NCBI GenBank assembly: GCA_907165135.1
Contig: OU015566.1
Location: 2,294,001-2,358,000 of the forward strand
Source: Oikopleura dioica
Taxonomy: Eukaryota; Animalia; Chordata
Length of the DNA: 64,000 nucleotides
Reading direction: 5' to 3'
A model generated the notes under the pieces. The model saw only the letters and a list, made by a program, of their open reading frames with translations, was not told the DNA's origin and ran no database searches. Below, one piece after another: positions 13,578 to 26,000 of the stretch (position 1 is its first letter; every line of letters begins with the position of its first letter). Made by a program: the position numbers and the translations under genes.

Positions 13578-14029
13578 AATGAGAATGAAAAATGATCCAG
13601 GAAAGATTGAAATAAGTAAATTTTTCAAAAAAAAATTTCAACCAATCAGAAAAGCAGATTTTTTGCACCCAATCAAAAACTCCTCACTCTTTTCCAAATC
13701 TTCTTTTTCAATCTTCGACAGACAAGATCTTTTACACGCCAAAAGCATCAAGTCAACTGGACCCATCTACATACGTGCTGATTGGGCAAATCATTCTAGC
13801 GACGATTGCGATTCTCGTGTCAACAGGCATCATTATCGTACTGACAGTGATATTCCAAGGACTGTTCTGCAAGGGTGAACTCTGCCATTTCGAATTACCT
13901 GTTAATCGCGCAAGAGGACCGAGGTTAGCAGAAGAGTGTCTATTTCAAATCATTGAAATTTTAAGATCTGGTTCGACAAAGCGAAGACCAAGCAAAAAAC
14001 AGAGATCAAACTCGAATTCTTTAATGTAA
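13578..14029 (+). CDS. Small single-pass membrane protein
   Basis: Hydrophobic segment VLIGQIILATIAILVSTGIIIVLTVIF followed by a basic tail across short introns. Confidence 0.4.
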
Positions 14030-14066
14030 TAAACATTGAAAACAAGATTTTTTAAATTGATTTTAA

Positions 14067-15374
14067 TTATTTATTTTTGTCGATTGCAGAGTCATCAAAA
14101 CAATAGATGAAATTTCGGACAAGATAAGTAGATCCAGCTTCATCCCATGGATTGCTTGCCCAAAAATGCAGTGGCCCAGAAGAATACGCGTCAGATATTT
14201 TGTAGAAACCGCTTGTCAAAATTACCCCATCTTTTTTGAGAATATATTGAACCATTTCTCGTCTAAGGTCGCAGTCAGTAGGCTCTTGAAGTTGAAGAGT
14301 AAATTGATTATATTCTTTTTCATCATCACAAGGTCCGACGAAAATCTTCTCATAATCGGATGCATTTGGATTATAAAAAGCGAACGATAAATTATCGCTA
14401 TCTTCTTCTTTCGAAATTCCAAAAACTCGATTTCCCGGCTGTCCTGTGTTTTCTCCTTGGGTAACATCAAGAATATTCAATATATCAGAAGATGATGATG
14501 GATGGTTGCATTTTATCTCCGCACTTATTCGGAAATATAGACTTACTGTTTCGTCACCGACTAGATTATTTTTCTGAGGCTCCATGGAAAATGGTTGTGG
14601 GTCTATGAATGTTATTTTCTTCTTCGAACAAAACTGTGTAAATGAAGGAGAGCAGGTCGTCGGCGGTCTCGTCGTTATCGCTGTTGCTCTTAAAGTTCCT
14701 GATGTCAAAGAAGCTTCTGTCGTTGTATCTGTTTCGGCTGTGGTCAAGGTTTTCGCTGCTGTAGTTGGTCTTTTTGTTGCGGGAGTCGTCAAAGGATCTG
14801 TCTTTGTTTCTGTTGCTGTTGTCGAAAAAAAATCTTTTCTTTGAGTTGCTGTTTCCGGTGTTGTTCTCGAGAAAAATTCTTCCGTTGTTTCCGCTTTTGT
14901 TGCTGTTGTTGTTGGGATTTCAGTTGTTATTGTTATTGATGATGATGTTGTTTTTGTTGTGATCGTTTTCAGTGATGTTGTTGTTATTGTTGGCCTTTTC
15001 GTTGTGAATGCTAAAGTCGTTACTGTTCTTGTCGTGGGAAATTCTTTGGTTTTTTCAGCTTCTGTTGCTGTTGCTGTTGTCGGGATTTTGGTGGTTATTG
15101 ATTTCAGTGATGTGGTTGTTATTGTTGGCGTTTCCGTTGAGGTTGTTGTACTCGTAACTGTCGTTTTTGTTGCTGACGATAGAATTATCGGAATAGTGAT
15201 CGTAGTAGCCGTACAGGCAAGCACAAAAAAGACGCTGGTGATCAAAAACTGAAAGATTTTGAGTTCAAGAAGAGCAGACAATCTCAAATTTACCCATGGT
15301 TTACGCCGAGGTTCTTTAGTTGCTTGAAGCTCACTGTCAAGACTTTCTCTTGATAAGGACTTTGCTCTGGTCAT
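14067..15374 (-). CDS. Intronless type II membrane mucin-like protein: signal anchor, Thr-rich stalk, C-terminal beta-sandwich-like domain
   Basis: 435-aa ORF with TM segment FQFLITSVFFVLACT, ~170 aa of Thr-rich repeats and a globular C-terminus ending ...FWASNPW...STYLVRNFIY. Confidence 0.8.
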   Translation of the reverse strand: MTRAKSLSRESLDSELQATKEPRRKPWVNLRLSALLELKIFQFLITSVFFVLACTATTITIPIILSSATKTTVTSTTTSTETPTITTTSLKSITTKIPTTATATEAEKTKEFPTTRTVTTLAFTTKRPTITTTSLKTITTKTTSSSITITTEIPTTTATKAETTEEFFSRTTPETATQRKDFFSTTATETKTDPLTTPATKRPTTAAKTLTTAETDTTTEASLTSGTLRATAITTRPPTTCSPSFTQFCSKKKITFIDPQPFSMEPQKNNLVGDETVSLYFRISAEIKCNHPSSSSDILNILDVTQGENTGQPGNRVFGISKEEDSDNLSFAFYNPNASDYEKIFVGPCDDEKEYNQFTLQLQEPTDCDLRREMVQYILKKDGVILTSGFYKISDAYSSGPLHFWASNPWDEAGSTYLVRNFIYCFDDSAIDKNK

Positions 15375-15944
15375 CGGGAATTGATTTCAGAAATGCTAGG
15401 ATCTAAATGAGAGGATGCATATATCGGAAGAATATTTGCTATTTTCGGAAATGCAGCTATATTTGCCATGCTTTTCATTATTAAGAATGGACTTAGATCT
15501 TCGTCATTTTGACATGTTTTCATCTACAGATGTCTTTTTTTCCCGGCTGGCTATCAGAAATAAGTCATTTCCGCGAGAATAATTCTTAGTCAGTTGCTAC
15601 TAGCAACAGGACGTACTTCTGTTTATGCTTGACTCAAGAATTTTGAAATGAAGTTTTTTACCTTACACTCCTCTTGATCTCACGGCTCTTGATCTCATTT
15701 GACCTGAACTCTCCTGCAGACGCTTTATAAAGATCAACTTATCAGTAATGGGCAAATAAAATCGTTTTTTTAAGATGAGAAGAAGTAAACTTGATACAGA
15801 ACTTTGCTGACACGTGTCAATAAAAATCACCGATTTCAAATCAGACTCCAAAAGATAGACACAAAGACGTAAAAACAAACTGTCTCGCTATCATAACTTG
15901 AGAGTTATACAACCATTACATAACCATGCATTTATTAAGTGCAA

Positions 15945-16645
15945 TAATGATATTAAAATCAGAATTAAATTAAGTTTTATTTAAGTATATTCTCATAAAT
16001 ATCAACCAACTCTTTGTTTCAGAAGTTTTCAAAGAAATGCTCAAAAAGAGCGTTGTCTGATTTGTTCAAATTCTTTGCAGCTTTATCAACTGCTTTTGAA
16101 AGCGCTGGGAGACCTCAACTGAACACGCCGATTTTCTCGATCGACGATCGCTGACTTCTTTTGCTGGATATCTTCTAGAAGTTCGTTGAAATCTGGTCTG
16201 CCAAAGTGGGTCACAGTTCTGAGACCAGTGAACAGGCTCTTGCCGCAGTGAGAGTCGAGTTTGTGCTCCAGGAAGTATCGCATTCGAGTTCGAAGGTCAA
16301 AGTGGTCTTTTTTCGTGAGTTTCGATCATGTTACTGTTCTTTTCAGCTTCTTACAAAAGAATTCGAAAAACAAAGTTTTCTTTGCAAGCTATGAAAGCTT
16401 ATTAATGAAAGAAATTCCAGAGCCCTTCCTTTGAGAATATCCACAATCCATTCAAATTGTTTTTTCACTTTTTTACCTAGATAAAAACGACTTTCTTGCA
16501 CTAAGTCATGCTCATATTTCTCTCTACAATGTCTTTTAAAATGGACACAAAAGGAGTGATCCCGATTCTTGCTGAGATCAAAAGAGCATTCAAATTTGTG
16601 CCAATTTTGATGACCCTCGCCAATTGGCCCGTCGACGAACATATG
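15945..16645 (-). pseudogene. Decayed duplicate of the DUOX 3' end (NADPH-binding exons, intron and 3' flank)
   Basis: Collinear with 19965-20668. Has a 7-nt insertion (acgatcg), a ~14-nt deletion and a 2-nt deletion that break the frame; homology stops abruptly near 16645. Confidence 0.85.
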
Positions 16646-17059
16646 CCAGTCCTGATCAATACCTGGATTGGTGCTAACCGATTGAAATTTCGACTTATTT
16701 TGATGATAAAAACGTATAGCGAGATTTTGAGAATCTTCTCCCTACCAAATTTCAGAAACTGGATCACCAGACTAATCCTTGTTTTCTCTACAAGTCACAT
16801 AAAGAGTATTTTTAAGAACAGAGGAACTTTGATGATAGCATCTTATCTTAAAAATTTACACTTATTGAAAAATATAAATGTGCTGTCCAATAACATAAGT
16901 ATCGATCAACAACGATAGTCCTAATGCCATGACAAAGAAGCAATGGAAACGATTTTGTCGACCCTGTAAGAGAGAAAGTATAACATAATTAACGAGTACT
17001 GCTTAATTTTAATCATTGCCAGTATCAAAAGAAAAGTAAGCGTTTTTAAATTTATTTTT

Positions 17060-18170
17060 TTAAGAAATAAGAGCACCAGTAAATGTTGTATATAAGGACT
17101 CACTTGATTTGGCCTTTTTAATTTCATTTTAATTGATATTTCATACAGGTTTTCGGCCGATCCTGTTGCTATAAATTTTACCGGAAACAAGATAAACATC
17201 GACGATATCATTTTCTTTCAACGAAAGAATAGCCGTCATTGAAGTTGTTCCTTCAGCACCATCGTCATCCTAGAAAACAAATGCATGTATAAGAATAAAG
17301 AACTTACTTCTCCGTAACCAGTTACCACCGTTTCTGAGTTAAGTCGAATCCTTACTTTTGTGCCAGTTTTATTAAGCCTCTTATGATGAATGAAAATTTC
17401 AAAAGCAAACTCAATTTAACTTGCATAAACATTGCATGAGTATAAATCTTATACAGTACCATTTATACTTCATGGCGAAGAAAAATATATTATCCATTCA
17501 TCCAAAATGATACAGCAAATATATATATCCCGTCGATAGGTGTGGAAAACTCACCGGAAGATAGATCGTACATTTTATCACCGGTCACGGAATTTTTAAA
17601 TGATATTTCTTTATCGAACAAAACTTTTGTGTCTTCTTTTTCGTAATTTGATGTGAGTGCAACCATGAAATTGATTTTCGGAGCTTTCTCATATGATGTC
17701 GATTAAGCTTTAACATAAATATTACTCAAGGCAACATTCGTTTTATTTACCTTCACCCTTGTCGCCTTTAAGTCCATGTTCCCCTTTAGATCCTGAATTT
17801 CCTTTTTCTCCTTTCTGACCACTTATTTCTTTGACACCAGGGCTACCCTTTTCTCCTACGTCCCCTGGTGATCCATTTTTTCCGTCGCTTCCAGGAAGAC
17901 CAGCGGGTCCAATTTGTCCTTGATCTCCCTTTTTTCCATCAGCTCCCTGAGAACCAACAACTCCCGGTAAACCAGGTATTCCAGGGGCTCCTTGCATTCC
18001 GTCTCTGCCGTCTCGACCAAATAGATGCGGGAACTTTTCGGGAAAACATTCATTGTCCGTTTTGTTCGTCGGCAAAGATGATCTTATAAGATTGGAACAA
18101 GAAGATATTGCAGAAGTCAATTCCGAACGACAGCTTTTTGCACATTCAAAGCTCGAGCTTTTAAAGAATA
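17060..18170 (-). CDS. Collagen (Gly-X-Y) plus C1q globular domain protein (C1qTNF-like)
   Basis: ~30 Gly-X-Y triplets (17743-18020), then exons FMVALTSNY...VLFDK...YDLSSGEFSTPIDGIYIF, TSMTAILSLKENDIVDVYL and TTFTGALIS*, which are C1q signature segments. Start exon not located; one intron needs a non-canonical donor. Confidence 0.75.
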
Positions 18171-18197
18171 AATTAAGCTTATTCTAAATGAAAACTT

Positions 18198-18372
18198 CAG
18201 GGATCCCAAACTGAAACATTGAGTGCGGTTTTGATGTTCAATCCGTGATTCTTAACTATCGATCGACCTTTTATATCATACCAGTAATATGACTTGTTCC
18301 GATTTCTGCTAAATTTTGGGATTAATTCCGTGTGTCGCTCGGAGCGACTTGAAAAATAAGTTGGGATCCCTG
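18198..18372. mobile_element. Small MITE-like element with 12-bp TIRs
   Basis: CAGGGATCCCAA ... TTGGGATCCCTG. No clear target duplication. Confidence 0.45.
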
Positions 18373-18619
18373 TTTAACACAAAAATTTTCTAAGGACTAT
18401 ATTTTTTCAAAATCCATTAAGTTAATATTCTCAATCCAAAGCAATTATCCAGGCATCTCGTCAGAATTGATTCAGCTTGAATTTAAGATTAGTTGAAATC
18501 TTTCGTAGAATCAAAATTTATCTTACTATTTTTGCGACAGTCCTTCTCAATTTGACAAAAGGAGGCATGAAAAACTATCAAAAAGGCGGATCACGATTCC
18601 CATACTTGTTTAAAAACAA

Positions 18620-18815
18620 TGGAACCGGGCGGAGTTCAAATCATCTATTTGTTTGACAAGAATAACTAAAATTTATTTCTTTTAAGGGAAACTGATCGCT
18701 GTCGGCGTCCTCGACTTCCTGAGCATTTGTCAGTGACCAACTGTATCTCCTCTGTCTATTTGAACTTCGATCCAGAATTAAGGTTCCTCAATTTTAGTTC
18801 CTATTCAGGGCTGGT
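18620..18815 (+). pseudogene. Fragment of an arginyl-tRNA--protein transferase (ATE1-like)
   Basis: Translates as GKLIAVGVLDFL and, after an interruption, NCISSVYLNFDPELRFLNFSSYS, matching the ATE1 C-terminal motif (DGKIIAVGVIDILP.CVSSVYLYYDP). Frame is disrupted and no other exons are visible. Confidence 0.6.
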
Positions 18816-19265
18816 TAATATATAATAATCTCGTTTTTATGGCTTCGACTGATATAACATTGGCTTCGGGAGTCGAAGGTCGACCAGCGGAAACAGCTGC
18901 ATTATCCAATGTAAAAACCGAAAATAATGACAAGCAAAAACAAACTGTCACGCTCAGAGCTGGAAAAAGTGTTCTTCCCCTGCGCTTCAAAAATCTGCAG
19001 AGCGCCCTTCGTTCTAGAAGCGCATTGAAGGTACGAAACGGCTCGGAACTCCTACTTCACGCGCTATTCAAAATATTAAAGCCTTTATCGAAACCTTTAG
19101 CTGCCACTTCATCCGCCACAATCAGCGTGATTTAAATCGTGGAGCCGACAGAACCAAATTGAAGTAGAGATGAAGCGCCGAAGTAGACTTCAAGCCGCAC
19201 AGTTCAAGGCGCTTCAATTTTTGAAGTACACTTAGGGCCGACGAGCAAATATTCAACCCCAAGAA

Positions 19266-19888
19266 CCCCTTGTGGTAAAGCCTAGAAATTTTGGGACAAT
19301 ATGTATTTAGGCCCAACTAAAAAAATTGTTATTGAAAATTTTTTGGTCTGACCACGTGATCACGGGTAACAGACCCTCGAAAAGCTAGAAAAGCTTGCCG
19401 AGCTTGATCCCCTTATGGCATCATCTTCTCGTTCGGCCAAAAAGAAAGGTCTTGGTTTGTTCTAGTGGTTTAGTCAAAAAAATTTTTGGTGCCGTCTTTA
19501 CTGTCAGTAGACGCAATTAGCTATAAAAGGACTCAAAACTAGCTTAAATTGAGTTAAAAATCCAGGTTTCACGGGCTACTTAGGCCAAAATACGTTGCAA
19601 AAAGGGCCATTTTGGACGCATCAATTCCCTCTCGCGACTCATGTGATGTTGCCACCAAAAATTTTTTGGATTCTATAGGAAGAACTTTTGTGCTCTTTCA
19701 TGTGAGCTACATTATGATCACCTGCGGTCAGGGGATCGAGGTTGGCAAGCTTTTCTAGCTTTTCGAGGGTCCGTATCACGTGATCACGTGATCATACCAA
19801 AAAATTTTCAATAACTAATTTTTAAGATTAGCCAAAATACATATAGACTATAATATAGTTCCAAAGTTTCAGGCAGTTACCTGAAGGG
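19266..19888. mobile_element. Foldback/MITE with ~140-bp imperfect inverted arms
   Basis: Left arm TTATTGAAAATTTTTTGGT..CACGTGATCAC..GACCCTCGAAAAGCTAGAAAAGCTTGCC is mirrored at 19725-19888. Confidence 0.8.
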
Positions 19889-20038
19889 ATTTTAGGGGTT
19901 TATTTTTTGCTTGTCGACCCTAAGTATACTTCATGAAGTATACAGTTTAGTATTCAAGTGTTCTTCAAGTGCAACATTTTATAGCAGAATTAATTTAAGT
20001 TTATTTATATTTTCGCAAATATCTAAGAACTCATTGTT

Positions 20039-23000
20039 TCAGAAGTTTTCGAAAAAATGCTCAAAGAGAGCATTGTCTGATTTGTTCAAATTCTTCGCAG
20101 CTTTATCAACTGCTTTCGAAAGCGCCGGTGGTCCACAACTAAACACGCCAATTTTCCCGATCGCTGAGTTTTTTTGCTGGACATCTTCTAGAAGCTCGTT
20201 GAAGTCTGGTCTGCCAAAGTGGGTCACGGTTCTGAGGCCAGTGAAGAGGCTCTTGCCGCAGGGAGAGTCGAGTTTGTGCTCCAGAAAGTATCGCATTCGA
20301 GTTCGCAGGTCGAAGTCGTCTTTTTTCTGAGTGATGAAAACGTGAGTTTCAATCATGTTACTGTTCTTCTCAGCTTCTTGCAAAAGGGTTCAAAAAACTA
20401 AATTTTCTTTCTTAGTTATGAAATCTGATTTATAAAAGAAATTCTTGAGCCCGTCCTTTGAGAATATCCACCATCCACTCGAACTGCTTGTCACTTCTTT
20501 TGACCCAGATAAACACGACTTTCTTGCACTTTGTCATGCTCATATTCCTCCCAACAATGTCCTTCAAAATCGACGCAAAGGGAGTGATCCCGATTCCAGC
20601 TCCAACCAAAACGGAGCATTCGAATTTGTGCCAATTTTGATGACCCTCGCCAATTGGCCCATCGACGTACATCCTTGGAACGGGGAGTTTTCCTGCTTTG
20701 ACTTTTTTCAAATGCTCTCTGAGCGAAATCGTCCACGGACCGACAGCTCTCACGTGACAGCTGATAAAGTCATCGGCAGGGCAAGAAGTCAGAGTGAAGG
20801 GATGAAACTCCCACTTTGAAACTGAAGCAAAAATTATTCATCCTTGATTTCGATAAAGAGAAACTGACCTTCTGGGAGAGCAATTCTGATCCACTGACCC
20901 GAGTGATAATCAAAACTCTTCGGTCTCTTCATTCTCAAGCACGTGACGCTGGATTGAAGAAGGTCGAATTCCTTGAGGGGCACTTTTCACCGTTTATTTT
21001 CTTGTTTCTTTTATCAAAGAAAGTGTATTCAAATATGAACCCGTCAACAAATGACAACGCTTCTGTGGAAAATCAGACAGCCTTATTTGCGAACAATCAC
21101 TGTAAACAGACTCTGACAACCTTTAGAAAAGGCAAAACGGTTCCTTCGACATAAGATCTTCTTAGCTCAATTATCTTGTCAATCAAAAAGATAATCCCCG
21201 GCCCGAGCAGGTAAAATACGAATTTCGGCTCCTGTAGTAGCGCCTGTAATCCGTGAAGACTCAGTAGAATGAAGAAGAGCGGATAGAGCATGTGCGTCTT
21301 CCAAAAGACCTTATGCCGTTTTCGTCGAGATTGGGCGGCGGCGAAGACGTAGATGATCGACATGATGAGGACAAGAAGCAGTCCAGTTATGCCTTGATGG
21401 CTGGCCCAGAGGAGCTGGAAAAATGACTTCTCGGGCTCGTCGTCGCTGAAGATTTGAGGGAGGACGCAGGAAGCGGCTTGGTATGGCGCTTCGGAGAGGA
21501 AGTAGAAATTGAGGAAATGGCCGATCACGTGGATGAGGGAAAGAAAAGCGCCGACATAAGCAGCAAGTTTGTGAAACTCGACGGATTGATCGAATGGAAT
21601 GTACTGTTTTAGGGCTCAGTTTGGGATTCGATTTGGTTGAATGACTGAAAACTAAGAGGATTTAATTTTCATAATTAAGATAAGATTATTGAGTAAGGGT
21701 GTTCGGATGTGAACTCTTTGACAACTTCTGAAATTAATTGGTTAAGAGAGCTTTGCCATTTTTTCAAGGCCTCTTCACTAAAAATTGAAATGATCTATTA
21801 TTTAATGCTTTTATCGGCAGCCAATCTTTCAGACGTAAATTGGAGCCGAGACCTGATTAATTGCTTTTTGCCGAAGCCTAGTCAGCAAATTTCGGGACAT
21901 CGACAAAAGCATCATTGGGTAAATGAAAGAAAGCGCAGCTGCTGTGGATCGTGACATGAGAAGTCCAACTTCTGTTATTTGCCGAATTCCTGCCGACTCG
22001 TTCAGAAATAAGAAGAAATAGATTCTGTCGACCATCAAAGCGATAATTATTCCGAAGAAAATGAAGAGCGTGTATAAATGCCTTCGTTTTTGCTCGAAAA
22101 TTCGTCGGACTTTCTTCGGTATAAATCTGCCGTAAAACGATTGTTCTTCATCTTTCATCACGAGGCTCCGGACCCGGTAGCGGCTGTATCGCCTGTTCGT
22201 CGTCCTTGGAACTGTAAATCTCCGACTGACTTTGCTTGTACTAAGCATCAACTGTATAAAGAGCTCGTTTTCCGCCTGATCTTCTCGTGACTTGATCCCA
22301 AGGCCTTTCATCATCGCCTTGCATGCCTCGTGAAGATCTTTTATGTCTTTTCCGACAGAGCTTTTTGTGATCAAACTGACGATTTTTTCAACTCCTTCTT
22401 TTGAAATTATCATCGAATCTTTGTATTGCTTCTGGAGAATTTCCGCTCGCCAGGAAGGATCGTTTTCGGTAAGGCGAGTCAGGAACTTGATGAATTCGAC
22501 GACATGGACTTCTCCACTGTCTGTTAGATCCATCGCTTTATACAGGGTCTTTACAGGAATGAAGCAAAGTCAGAAATTGAAGATTGTTTTTGAAAATAGT
22601 TCTCCATCGACATTGAATCTTAATTTTTTTTTTACAAAAAATAAGCGCTGTCAATTGCTTGCGCAAATGAAGGACATCAAATATTGACAGTGTCATCCCT
22701 TTACTGTATAAACGTCGAGCTCTGACGTTGGCCAAAGAGCTGGCCAAGTTCAATTTGCGAAAGAATCAGTTGTCCATGTTCATCATCATAGTCGACAATA
22801 TTTGTAAAAACAGAATCTTCGTCATCATCTTTTCCAACCATTTTGGTGAACGCTTTTTGAAGAAAATCCTCGATAAGCTTTCTTCGTTTTCCTCCAGACA
22901 TGGCCATTTCGTCGATATTATTGTCCAACTCTTCTTTCAAATCAAGCTCAACTCCATTATTGATGGTAAAACTTTTCAAAACTTGGACAAAGACATTTCT

Positions 23001-26000
23001 CTGCCAAGTTGAAGCAAATTCAAGATACAGGTCTTTTCGACCGTGATTTTTGAGAAGCAAAGTGTCCATTCGACGATTTTTCGCGACGAAGCCGGAAATT
23101 GAGGGAGACTTGTTCGGGTCGCTCATTTTGTGGATGAAGTACTGGTCCATTTCACCGAAATTATTCATCACATTTATACAGGGCTTTTCTTCTGGTGAAT
23201 ATATGCTTACAAAAATGACGCGCAAAAAGCTGTCTGGCAGACAGAATAACTGGGAGACTATAAATCATCACCAATTCCTTATCTCCTTCTTTTTCAAAGC
23301 CAATCGTCACCTCCCGATCCTCAAAACTCTCAGTACACTCAATTTCCGTCGCCTGAAAGCTTTGAGCCAAAGCACCAGGCCCAGCAAGGACTGATTGTCC
23401 GAATTGAGTGTATCGTCGCATTTGAGAGTTTGTGGGTTTGATCTGGATCATGCTCTCTCTCCGCTGTCTTGCGGTGCGTTCTTTCTTAGTCCAAAATACC
23501 ATGGTCAGATAAATCGCCAAAATTACCACAAGGACGATTATGGCGGAAATAATTGCTTGAACCAAGTTTGACAGACGTTGCTTTTTTGCGCATTCTAGAT
23601 TTTAGGAGTCAAAAAGAAGCTGATTTCACAAAAAAAGATTTAAGATCAAAATGACAAATCAGTATTTTCAAGAATACTGATTCTGTCAGAAATGTCAAAA
23701 TTATCGACATTACTGACACTACCGACATATTGACCCTTTCCTAAAAAAATCTCTTCTACATTCGCATCCATCACACAAGGAGCCCCTGGCTCTAGAATTT
23801 GAAAACCATTCCCATTCCAATCGAAAGAATCCCCAAACGCCATGCTCAAAACATCCAACCACGTGGTCGCCGAAATTCGCGCGACATCATCACTTTCGAG
23901 CAGCGAGTTCAATTCGAAATTTTCAAACCATCGCCAGTCACTATGGCGAATTTTCTGCATTTGAAGAGCGATTAGTTTCCGGAGACTGTCAGAATCAGCC
24001 TCGGCAATCAAGCCTGGGAAAAAAGCAAGATCTGACTCTTGAGGAGTGGAGAAATGAAGGAAATTTCTGACGTCAAAAAGGGCTTTTTTCCTGGATTAAA
24101 ATTTTTTTTCGTGAATTTTTTCGAATTTTTTTCGATCCAATTTCCTGGTATTTCAAACTCCGCGGCATTTTTGGCATCCTTCTCAAAATCTTCATAGTCA
24201 GAATTGACATTATCCGCAAATTGGCGCGACAGACCCAATAAAAGTTCAACTTTATCAAATTTTGGATCTTCGCAAAGTCGCATTGAGCCGCTTATTGAAT
24301 TTTTTAAGGCACAAGTGTTTGTGTCGTTTTCGTCAGCAATCGGTAAAAGGGTCGGAAGGGTTGATTTAAGGGCACGTGACGCAGCGGCGAACTCGACTGA
24401 TACACGAGGGTCGATGTGAGGGTCGTGCCCGTTGTGACGCCCTGAAAAAATAATGAAAGCTGTCTTTTCATAAGGTGTTTTGGAAATACAGATTTAAACT
24501 GACTTGGTCAGCCTGGCTATCAGTACTCTCCACGAGTCACCTTGGTTTCAACTACTCTAATATTTCAGCTTCATATTTGAGAATATCAGGTGTAGCAGGG
24601 TTATCAGTCGGGCGCCCTAAAAAACTGTCCTCTATAAGCCCCTATCTTGGTTGGGATTCTGGTTATGGGACTGGGGGTCCCGGGGCGAAGCTCCTTGGCT
24701 AAGGCCTAGCATAAAGGGCTGCCCGACTTTCGGAAGTATGTAATTAGTATTGATACAGGACCAATTATTCTAAAATTTGGCTAGAATTGGGATGATGCCC
24801 CTAACCCTAAAGCCTAACTCAGGGGGCTTCGCCCCCCGGGACCCCCCTAGTAGGTACTCCAAGCCCGTAACGATAATAAATAGGTATGGTATCAGACAAA
24901 TTCTACCTATATAAGAAGAACAGTTCTGTACATTCTCCGACCCCCTTATCGAAATAAAAAAAAACATGGTATAAAATGAGGATTTGCTATCTCAGCAAAA
25001 ATTATCAATTAAAGACCGCTTGCTGCATTCAATATTCTAGCAAAAAAACCCAGATAGTACTTCAACTTGCCTTCTAAATATGCAGTATCTTCGGGAAGAA
25101 AAAAGTTCGCACCAACGATAAGTGGCAACCATTCATACCTAAACAAATTTATAAATAATTCAGAAAACATACCACTGCCAAGTTTGTCAACCCTACCAAA
25201 TGATATTTTGAAGGGTGCTGATAACAAGCCTCTTTGTTTGTCGGTAAATGGCTTCATCAGAAAGGCCCTCGTCTGATAATTTGACGCTTTCCGCCACAGC
25301 ATTGTGGTAGCGATGCCAGACGAATGTGATTACAGATGGGAGCATTTTCGTCTCCCGCAGCTTAATTATTCAATTATTTGTTATTCATTATTTTTACACG
25401 CATGCAAAATATTTTCGTGGATTTCTGATTAACCTTTTTAATATTTTATTCCACATGACTCCATTTTGGGTTCAAAAATGATCAGTCAACTAAAAAATCG
25501 GGCCATTTTTAGCGGAGTTCATAAACTATTTATCTCGCTCAGGGTAACATAAATACCTTTTTATGACGAACGAAGCATCCTTCATCTCGTTCGCACAAGA
25601 GTACCCGCCCATCTTAAAACACAATTCAAAGTGGCAATTATATAATTAATTGAACTAAGCGCTACTAGACAATCCAATTAATCAAAATCTCCTCTTTATT
25701 TTCAAATACCGGTTGAGCGGACTAATATTATTACTGTAGCAATATCGTACTGAAGCAATTAGTAGAAAGAGCTGAGATCCGCTTTCCTTATTCTTTACCA
25801 AACATTATTATATAAAAAGAATTTCTTTTAAAATAGACAATTAAAATTTAATAGTCTAGACTCCGGCCTATATTGACGTCAGCTGACACCCGGATCTCCG
25901 GCTTAGGGTTAAGCCAGTATTAAAATCCCCTAAAAGACCCCTGCCGGATCTTTCATTAATTTAAATCACCTTTAAATTCGCGCTGAAAGGCTTCTTTCTC

